A DNA stretch of 32,000 nt, taken from assembly GCF_001017655.1 (NCBI RefSeq), contig NZ_CP010904.1, forward strand, positions 2,460,001 through 2,492,000, given 5' to 3'. Under the pieces are notes generated by a model. The model had not been told where the DNA came from. It searched no databases and saw only the letters and a program-made list of their open reading frames with translations. The position numbers were made by a program, and so were the translations under genes. Source of the stretch: Kiritimatiella glycovorans. Lineage in GTDB: Bacteria > Verrucomicrobiota > Kiritimatiellia > Kiritimatiellales > Kiritimatiellaceae. This document shows positions 18,689 to 25,346 of the stretch, one piece after another; position 1 is the stretch's first letter; every line of letters begins with the position of its first letter.

Positions 18689-19212
18689 TCGCTTTCGCTC
18701 CCCTCTTGCGAACCCAGCGCGCGCACTTCGTCGCGCAACTCGGCCGCCTTCTCGTATTCCTCGCGCGCCACCGCCCGTTCGATCTCCTTCTGCAGGCGGG
18801 CCAGCTTTGCGTTCCTGCGGGCCGCCGCCCCGGCGCGCGCCGGGATCTTGCCGGCGTGCTGATTGCTGTGATGCATGGCGTTGATCAGCGACATGATTTC
18901 GCCCATGAAGGTATCGTAACACCGCGGACAGCCGAGGCGGCCGATCCGCTTGAAGTCGGACCGCCGCATGCCGCAGTCCGGACAGGCCAGCTCCAGTTCC
19001 TCGCCTCCGCCCGGAGGGGACGCCTCTTCGCCGCCGGCCGATTCGCCCTGCCCCAGACCGAACAGGATGTCGGTGATCGAAATCGGGCTCTGCACGTCCC
19101 AGCCCTTCTTCTCCGCGCAGGACTCGCAGATGTGGATCTTCTTCACGACGCCGTTCACCACCTGGGTCAGGTGGATCGTCGCTTCCTTCTGATGACAGAA
19201 TTCACACTTCAT
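18685..19212 (-). CDS. mcsA: McsA-like activator of McsB (four CxxC zinc-finger motifs plus UVR domain)
   Basis: The true start is MKCEFCHQKEATIHL (ATG 19212). CxxC motifs: CEFC, CESC, CPDC, CPRC. C-terminal UVR-type helix LQKEIERAVAREEYEKAAELRDEVRAL. The ATG overlaps the ilvE stop (ATGA 19209-19212). Confidence 0.85.
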   Translation of the reverse strand: MKCEFCHQKEATIHLTQVVNGVVKKIHICESCAEKKGWDVQSPISITDILFGLGQGESAGGEEASPPGGGEELELACPDCGMRRSDFKRIGRLGCPRCYDTFMGEIMSLINAMHHSNQHAGKIPARAGAAARRNAKLARLQKEIERAVAREEYEKAAELRDEVRALGSQEGSESE

Positions 19213-20075
19213 ATCGGATCGCCGCTGTCCGCGATCACCCGCTGGAACCGCTCGAGCAGTTCGCCGGTGACCGGCCCCGGCTCTCCCGTCCCGATCCGGC
19301 GGCGGTCGATTTCCACCACCGAAATAAGCTCGGCGGCCGTACCCGTCAGAAAGACTTCGTCGGCCGTGTAGAGATCGTAGCGCGTCATCACGCGCTCCTC
19401 GACGGGATACCCGGTTTCGCGGGCCATCTCCATCACCTTGCCGCGCGTAATGCCCTCCAGCGCTCCGCACCACGTGGGGGGGGTGGCGAGCACGCCGTCG
19501 CGCACGGCGAAGACGTTATCCCCGGAGGCCTCGGCCACGTACCCCTGCGGATTCAGCATCAGGCACTCCATCACTCCGGCGTTGATGGCCTCGATCTTGG
19601 CCAGGACGTTGTTGAGATAATTGAGGCTCTTGATACGCGGGTTGATGGCCTCCACGTGATTGCGCGCCGTGCCCACGGTCACGATCTTGAGCCCGGTCTC
19701 GTACAGTTCCTTCGGATAGAGCTGGATGGCGGCGGCGATGATGATCACCTGCGGGTCTTCGCAGTTGTAGGGGTTGAGCCCGAGGGTGCCGCACCCGCGC
19801 GTCACTACCAGCCGGATGTAGCCGTCGCGGATGCCGTTGGCGCGGCAGGTCTCGAGCACGGCCTCGCGCATCGCCTCCCGCGTCATGGGTATTTCCAGCG
19901 CGATGGCGCGCGCCGAATCATAGAGCCGGTCGACATGCTCGCGCAGCAGAAACACGCGTCCGTTGTAGGCGCGGATGCCCTCGAACACCCCGTCGCCGTA
20001 CAGCAGCCCGTGATCGAACACGGAGACGCGCGCCTCCTGCTCCGGAACCATCTCGCCGTTCATGTAAATCTGCAT
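19209..20075 (-). CDS. ilvE: Branched-chain amino acid aminotransferase (PLP fold type IV)
   Basis: The start MQIYMNGEMVPEQEARVSVFDHGLLYGDGVFEGIRAY (ATG 20075) has GAGGAAAGG upstream. Also RLVVTRG, IKSLNYLNNVLAK, FLTGTAAE. Confidence 0.9.
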   Translation of the reverse strand: MQIYMNGEMVPEQEARVSVFDHGLLYGDGVFEGIRAYNGRVFLLREHVDRLYDSARAIALEIPMTREAMREAVLETCRANGIRDGYIRLVVTRGCGTLGLNPYNCEDPQVIIIAAAIQLYPKELYETGLKIVTVGTARNHVEAINPRIKSLNYLNNVLAKIEAINAGVMECLMLNPQGYVAEASGDNVFAVRDGVLATPPTWCGALEGITRGKVMEMARETGYPVEERVMTRYDLYTADEVFLTGTAAELISVVEIDRRRIGTGEPGPVTGELLERFQRVIADSGDPI

Positions 20076-20121
20076 ACCGTCCGCCTTTCCTCGCCGGGAC
20101 CGAAACACCTGACCGTCCACG

Positions 20122-20832
20122 TTATCCTTCCAGCACACCATCCTTCAAGACCCGTTTGCGGCCGCAGTACGCCGCCACGGCGGGGTCGTGCGTGACCAGC
20201 AGCAGGGTGCGGTTCCGCTCTTCCGCGAGCTGGAGCAGCAGGTCCAGCACGCGGCGACCCGCCCCGGAGTCGAGATTGCCGGTGGGCTCGTCCGCCATCA
20301 GGATGTCCGGTTCATTGATCAGCGCCCTCGCGACCGCGGCGCGCTGGCGCTCCCCGCCCGAGAGTTCGGCGGGCCGGTGATCCATCCGATCCTGCAGCCC
20401 CACCCGCTCGAGAAGCTCCGCGGCCCGCTCGCGCGCCCGGGCGGGGTCCGGCCGCTCCAGCGCGAGGTCGGGAAGCATGCAGTTTTCGAGCACGTTCATC
20501 TCGGGCAGGAGATGGTAGGACTGGAATACGAAACCCAGCGACCGCGCGCGGAAGCGCGCCCGCCGCGCGGCGCTCAGCGCTCCGATCTCCGCACCCCGGA
20601 ACAGGACCCGGCCCGAGGAGGGGGTGTCCAGCCCGCCGAGCAGATAGAGCAGCGTACTCTTGCCCGCTCCGCTCGCACCGGTAATCGCCAGCGACTCGCC
20701 GGCCTGCACCGAGAGCGACACGCCGTCGAGCACCGTCAGCGTGCGCGACCCCGCGCGAAACAGCCGGGAGAGCCCCTCCGCCCGCAGTACCGCGTCGCCG
20801 TGCCCCGGGGTCCCCTGCCGCGTCTCATTCAT
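20122..20832 (-). CDS. lolD: Lipoprotein-releasing system ATP-binding protein LolD
   Basis: 236 aa. Walker A GASGAGKSTLL, FVFQSYHLLPEMNVLEN, signature LSGGERQRAAVARAL, Walker B ILMADEPTGNLD. It overlaps the upstream permease gene by 8 bp. Confidence 0.85.
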   Translation of the reverse strand: MNETRQGTPGHGDAVLRAEGLSRLFRAGSRTLTVLDGVSLSVQAGESLAITGASGAGKSTLLYLLGGLDTPSSGRVLFRGAEIGALSAARRARFRARSLGFVFQSYHLLPEMNVLENCMLPDLALERPDPARARERAAELLERVGLQDRMDHRPAELSGGERQRAAVARALINEPDILMADEPTGNLDSGAGRRVLDLLLQLAEERNRTLLLVTHDPAVAAYCGRKRVLKDGVLEG

Positions 20833-22054
20833 ACCGGATCGCCTCCACGGGATCGAGACGCGCCGCGCGCCAGGCCGGCAGCAGCCCGGCGAGCGTGCAG
20901 ATCGCCATCACGAGCGCCACCACCGCCACCACATCCGTCCAGACCGTGCGGGCCGGGATCTCCGCGAGCTGGTAGAGTTCTTCGGGGAGCAGTTCGACCC
21001 GGAACCGCGAGGAGAGCGCCCGCAGGAGTCCGTTCCGGTAGCGGAGGATCAGCGACCCGAGTCCGAGCCCCAGCAGCGAACCCGCCGCGCCCTCCATCCA
21101 CCCCAGCCACACGAAGATACGCATGATGCGCCCGCCCGAAAATCCGAGCGCCTTGAGCAGGCCGATCTCGTGGGTCTTCTGCACCGCCAGCGTGATCAGG
21201 GTGTTGGTGATGCCGAAGGCCGCGACGATGGTGATAAAAATGAGGAGAAAGAACATCATGTTCTTCTCCACGTTGAGCGCGGAAAAGAGCTGGCGGTTCT
21301 GTTCCATCCAGGTAACGGCGGAGTACGCCCCCCCCAGCGTCTCCTCGATCTCCGCCGCGGCCTCCGGCGCGCGGTACGGGTCGCGGGTGCGCACCCGTAC
21401 GCGGTGCACCCCCCGTTCGACGCCGTAGAGGTCGCCCGCGGTGGCGAGCGAGGTGAGCATGTAGCCGGCATCGAACTGGTACATGCCGACATCGAAGATG
21501 CCGCTGACCGTGAGCTCGACCGGGAGCATGATCTCGTCCTCCATCGCGAAGCTCTGCGGCGAGATCACCACCAGCACCTCGCCGACCCCCACGCCGAGGC
21601 GCGAAGCCAGGTCGGCGCCCAGCACGGCCTCCCCGTAGCCCGGATCAAAGCGGCCCGCGGTCACGCTCTCGGGTATGCGGCTCACGCCGGGTTCGAGTTC
21701 CGCGTCCACCCCCATCAGAAGCGGCGTGAAGACCCGGCCGCGATGGCGCACAAAAACCACGCCTTCCAGCGCCGGGGCCGCCCCCGTCACGCCCTCGATC
21801 CCGCGAATCCGCTCCATGAGCGGGCCGGGCTCGTCTATCTCGCCGCCCCACCGGGACACCGAGACATGGGCGTTGAAATCCAGGATCCGGTCCCGCCACA
21901 TCTCGTCGAATCCCGTCATCACGGACAACACGACGATCAGCACCGCGCATCCGAGCGTCACCCCCAGCACGGAGATCACCGTGACCGCAGAGAAGAAGCT
22001 CCTCCGCGGACGCAGGTACCTCAGCGCGAGAAATAATGAAAAAGACTTCCGCAT
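20825..22054 (-). CDS. lolC: Lipoprotein-releasing system permease LolC/LolE family (MacB/FtsX-type)
   Basis: 409 aa. N-terminus FSLFLALRYLRPRR...SVISVLGVTLGCAVLIVVLSVMTGF, a large periplasmic loop, and a C-terminal FtsX-type 3-TM bundle ending ...AWRAARLDPVEAIRYE. Confidence 0.85.
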   Translation of the reverse strand: MRKSFSLFLALRYLRPRRSFFSAVTVISVLGVTLGCAVLIVVLSVMTGFDEMWRDRILDFNAHVSVSRWGGEIDEPGPLMERIRGIEGVTGAAPALEGVVFVRHRGRVFTPLLMGVDAELEPGVSRIPESVTAGRFDPGYGEAVLGADLASRLGVGVGEVLVVISPQSFAMEDEIMLPVELTVSGIFDVGMYQFDAGYMLTSLATAGDLYGVERGVHRVRVRTRDPYRAPEAAAEIEETLGGAYSAVTWMEQNRQLFSALNVEKNMMFFLLIFITIVAAFGITNTLITLAVQKTHEIGLLKALGFSGGRIMRIFVWLGWMEGAAGSLLGLGLGSLILRYRNGLLRALSSRFRVELLPEELYQLAEIPARTVWTDVVAVVALVMAICTLAGLLPAWRAARLDPVEAIRYE

Positions 22055-22148
22055 TCCATCGTCCGGATGTTGGGTCCGTAAGCCCGTTTATACCCTGCGC
22101 CGCGCCGGAAATAAATGGTATGAGTCTGAAAAGACACCGGAAGGGACT

Positions 22149-23447
22149 ATGAGCAGGCTTCATTTCACGGGAATCGGAGGGGTCGGCATGAGCGCGCTGG
22201 CCCGCGCGGCCCTGCATCTGGGCCATGCCGTCAGCGGCTCCGACCGGACACGGGACCGCGGCGTGAGGACGCCCCTGCTGCAGGCGCTCGAATCCGAAGG
22301 CGCACGCCTCTTCCCGCAGGACGGTTCGGGCGTAACCCCGGAGACCGACGCGCTGGTCATCAGCTCCGCGATCGAAGCGGACAATCCGGAATGGACGGCG
22401 GCGCGGCGCCTGGACGTCGCCGTCCGCGGCCGCGCGGAACTGCTCGCGGACTTCTGTCGCGGGTCGGAGCTGGTCGCCGTGGCGGGAACCGCGGGCAAGA
22501 CCACGGTGACCGGCATGCTCGGTCATATCTTCCGCCATCTGGGCCGCAGCCCGAACGTGTACTGCGGCGGCGAAATGCTCGCGGAAAACGGGCGGCGGCT
22601 CGGAAATTTCCTGCCCGGCTCGGAGCCGCTCTGGATTGTCGAGACCGACGAGAGCGATCGCTCGCTGCTCAAGTTCAGCCCCGATCATGCCGTGATCACC
22701 AATCTCGGCCGCGATCACTTCGACCTCGACGAGGTCCGCGAGCTGTTCGACCGGTTCGCAGCCGCAACCCGGCGCACGCTCGTTACGGACGGCGCACGGG
22801 AAGCGGCGTCGATCGAAACGCGCGCCCGCGGCGCGGGAACGGCCTTCACCTGGCGGGGCATGGAGTACACCCTTCCGCAGCCGGGGCGGCACAACGTCGA
22901 AAACGCCGTGAACGCGATCCTGCTCTGTGAGGCGATGGGATTCGCAGCGGAGTCGGTGCGCGACGCCCTCGCATGTTTCGGCGGCATCGCCCGACGGCTC
23001 GAACGCGTCGGGACGCGGAACGGCCTTCCCGTCTACGACGATTATGCCCACAATCCTCTGAAAATCCGCTCGGCATGGCGGACGCTGAGCGAACGGTGTG
23101 GACGGGTGGTCGGATGGTGGCGCCCGCACGGCTACGGCCCGCTGGCCGACCTGGCCGGAGCGCTGGAAGATACCTTCGCGGAGGTCTGCCGCCCCGATGA
23201 CCGGCTTCTGGTCCTCCCCGTCTTCTACGCCGGCGGCACGGCCCGCCGACGGCTGAAGACGGACGACTTCGTGAAACGGCTGGCCGCCCGCGGCGTTCCG
23301 GCTGAATTTGCGGGCTCGTACGAAGCGCTCCACGCCCGCATCGGGGAACTGACGGGCGGACCCGGCGCCGGGGACACCATCCTGCTGGGCATGGGCGCGC
23401 GCGACCCCGAACTGGAAATGTTTGCAAGACGGGTGGCGTGCGTTTGA
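22149..23447 (+). CDS. murC: Mur ligase family protein, MurC-like (UDP-N-acetylmuramate--L-alanine ligase or close paralogue)
   Basis: Start at internal ATG 22149 (SD GGAAGGGA). HFTGIGGVGMSALA, ATP P-loop VAGTAGKTTVTGML, ETDESDRSLL, VITNLGRDHFD, PGRHNVENAVNA, YDDYAHNPLKI. At 432 aa it is a little short for canonical MurC, and no other cell-wall synthesis genes adjoin it. Confidence 0.65.
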   Translation: MSRLHFTGIGGVGMSALARAALHLGHAVSGSDRTRDRGVRTPLLQALESEGARLFPQDGSGVTPETDALVISSAIEADNPEWTAARRLDVAVRGRAELLADFCRGSELVAVAGTAGKTTVTGMLGHIFRHLGRSPNVYCGGEMLAENGRRLGNFLPGSEPLWIVETDESDRSLLKFSPDHAVITNLGRDHFDLDEVRELFDRFAAATRRTLVTDGAREAASIETRARGAGTAFTWRGMEYTLPQPGRHNVENAVNAILLCEAMGFAAESVRDALACFGGIARRLERVGTRNGLPVYDDYAHNPLKIRSAWRTLSERCGRVVGWWRPHGYGPLADLAGALEDTFAEVCRPDDRLLVLPVFYAGGTARRRLKTDDFVKRLAARGVPAEFAGSYEALHARIGELTGGPGAGDTILLGMGARDPELEMFARRVACV

Positions 23448-23745
23448 TTGGCCCCTTCACCGGGCCGCCCCGTTCCGAAGCCGCGCCGCAACGCCGCCTT
23501 CTGCGCGCCCCTTGGTCAGCGCCCGCCGTTATCCGCTCCTGAAGCGCTCCACTCCCCGCAAGCGGAACCCCAATCCACGCCCTCGACCAACCATCGTTCC
23601 ACGGCATCGATCCATCGTCGCTTCGCTCCATGGATAAAAGAAAGGCGCGCGAAGCAACTGGCAATAAGGGACAGCCAGATCAAATTGACGTTCTGATTGT
23701 GAACTTCAGACTCCCGCATTTCATTTGGGTGATGCAAATTGTTCC

Positions 23746-23888
23746 AGCGATTCTCATTATGGCTTCACCCTTTTCGGTCGGGGTGGCACCCGACCCTCCC
23801 AGTGCCCGAAAATGCGTCGGATATCGACTCGGGAGGGACGGCTGCCACGCCGTCCGCGGTCGGAATGCGGCCATAATGAGAACTGCTG
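23746..23888. mobile_element. MITE-like non-autonomous element, copy 1 (143 bp, imperfect 18-19-bp terminal inverted repeats, 10-bp target-site duplication AAATTGTTCC)
   Basis: 100% identical to 24479-24621. Ends are AGCGATTCTCATTATGGC ... GCCATAATGAGAACTGCTG. AAATTGTTCC is present at both 23736-23745 and 23889-23898. There is no coding capacity. Confidence 0.75.
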
Positions 23889-24089
23889 AAATTGTTCCCT
23901 TGTGGCTGTACAAGAAGGGCTTTTGCGTGTCAGAAATAGTGTTTGATCAACGTCTGGCCACGAAGAGGATGGCCTCCTGTACATGCGAGTAGGCAGTGAT
24001 TTCTCGACGGCGGAGAAAGAGGAGAAGAACGTTGAGCGTGCACGCGAGGTGTTCCCTCTTTATCGACACAACCTGGGAGAAAGCGTGAT

Positions 24090-24305
24090 ATGAGTGACAA
24101 AGAAGAGATATTGGATGGCTTCTGCCTAGACCCTGGGGAGTTCTTCAAAGACTCTGATTCCTGCACGATTCATGCGGAAGTCATGGAGCATGTCCGAAAA
24201 GAGCGTTCCGAGCAGTTTGTGGATCCTCGCCAAGTTCGGGACAATCAAGACTGGAGTTTTCTGGCCGACAAGGTCGTTGGCTCAGAGCTGCAGCCAACTG
24301 CATAG
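24090..24305 (+). CDS. Hypothetical small acidic protein (71 aa) in the lower-GC islet
   Basis: ORF MSDKEEILDGFCLDPGEFFKDSDSC... with GGGAG 13 nt upstream. Codon usage is A/T-ending rich, unlike the surrounding genes. I recognise no family, so the coding status is uncertain. Confidence 0.3.
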   Translation: MSDKEEILDGFCLDPGEFFKDSDSCTIHAEVMEHVRKERSEQFVDPRQVRDNQDWSFLADKVVGSELQPTA

Positions 24306-24336
24306 TACCCGTCTGTTTGAATTTCCGAAATCTGCA

Positions 24337-24410
24337 TGGGCGGTACAGGATTCGAACCTGTGACCTACTGGGTGTAAACCAGTCGCTCTAACCAGCTGAG
24401 CTAACCGCCC
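24337..24410 (-). tRNA. tRNA-Val (anticodon UAC), CCA not encoded
   Basis: The reverse complement folds as a cloverleaf: acceptor GGGCGGT/ACCGCCC, D arm GCTC-AGCTGGTTA-GAGC, anticodon arm ACTGG-TTTACAC-CCAGT, variable AGGTC, T arm ACAGG-TTCGAAT-CCTGT, discriminator A. Length 74 nt. Confidence 0.92.
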
Positions 24411-24478
24411 GTCCTCTGCATCGGCCGATCAGGGTAGGTCAGACGCCGGAAAGCGTCAAGCGGCGGACGCGCCGGGAC

Positions 24479-24621
24479 AGCGATTCTCATTATGGCTTCA
24501 CCCTTTTCGGTCGGGGTGGCACCCGACCCTCCCAGTGCCCGAAAATGCGTCGGATATCGACTCGGGAGGGACGGCTGCCACGCCGTCCGCGGTCGGAATG
24601 CGGCCATAATGAGAACTGCTG
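24479..24621. mobile_element. MITE-like non-autonomous element, copy 2 (143 bp, 10-bp target-site duplication GCGCCGGGAC)
   Basis: Identical to 23746-23888. GCGCCGGGAC is present at both 24469-24478 and 24622-24631. It is inserted in the divergent intergenic region between tRNA-Val and purN. Confidence 0.75.
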
Positions 24622-24721
24622 GCGCCGGGACCCTCCCGCTTTTCTTGCCCAAACGGGTTCTTGATCACCGGGCCTCGCGGGAGTATGCATGGCGGAGCGC
24701 ATCAGCCACAGGGAGACGCCC

Positions 24722-25342
24722 ATGCTAAACCTAGCCGTATTCGGATCCGGAAGCGGAAGCAACCTGCAGAGCATCCTCGACGCCATTCGTGCAGGCCGTC
24801 TCGACGCGCGCCTGCGCTGCGTGATTTCCGACGTTCCGGACGCGTATATCCTGGAGCGGGCGCGCTCGGCCGGCATACCCGCCGTCCATCTCGACTGCGC
24901 TCCCTTTAAAACGAAGCTCGACGGCGAAGCACAGCAGCGGGCGATCGAACTGCTCTCGGAGCACGGTGCCGACACGATCGCGCTGGCCGGGTTCATGCGT
25001 ATCGTCAAGTCCGGTCTGCTCGATGCCTATCCGCGCAGGATCGTCAATATCCACCCCGCCCTGCTCCCCGCCTTCCCCGGGCTGGAGGCCTGGAAACAGG
25101 CACTGGACTACGGCGCCAAGGTCGCCGGCTGCACCGTCCATTTCGTCGACGCCGGCATGGATACCGGACCGATCATACTGCAGCGCGCCGTGGAGGTACA
25201 CGACGACGACACGCCGGAGAGCCTCCACGCCCGCATCCTTGAGCAGGAGCATGCCGCCTACCCCGAAGCCCTTCAGCGGCTCGCGGAGAACCGGCTCCGG
25301 ATGGAGGGGCGGAGGGTCGTTCTGAGTGTAAACCCTGAGTGA
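24722..25342 (+). CDS. purN: Phosphoribosylglycinamide formyltransferase
   Basis: Start MLNLAVFGSGSGSNLQSILDA (ATG 24722, AGGGAG 6 nt upstream). IALAGFMRIV, IVNIHPALLPAFPG, GCTVHFVDAGMDTGPII. Confidence 0.9.
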   Translation: MLNLAVFGSGSGSNLQSILDAIRAGRLDARLRCVISDVPDAYILERARSAGIPAVHLDCAPFKTKLDGEAQQRAIELLSEHGADTIALAGFMRIVKSGLLDAYPRRIVNIHPALLPAFPGLEAWKQALDYGAKVAGCTVHFVDAGMDTGPIILQRAVEVHDDDTPESLHARILEQEHAAYPEALQRLAENRLRMEGRRVVLSVNPE

Positions 25343-25346
25343 AGCG

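Noticed and set aside
23745-24621. Reading the two 144-bp direct repeats as attL/attR of an integrated element that encloses tRNA-Val
   Set aside because: Each copy has its own terminal inverted repeats and its own distinct 10-bp flanking duplication. That indicates two independent transposition events rather than site-specific recombination. The repeats also do not include any tRNA sequence.
24632-24721. Possible purine/ZTP-type riboswitch in the purN leader
   Set aside because: I could not find the conserved ZTP (pfl) elements, such as the CCGCCTGGGC-like 3' pseudoknot segment, or a purine-riboswitch three-way junction. The leader is short and is partly created by the MITE insertion.
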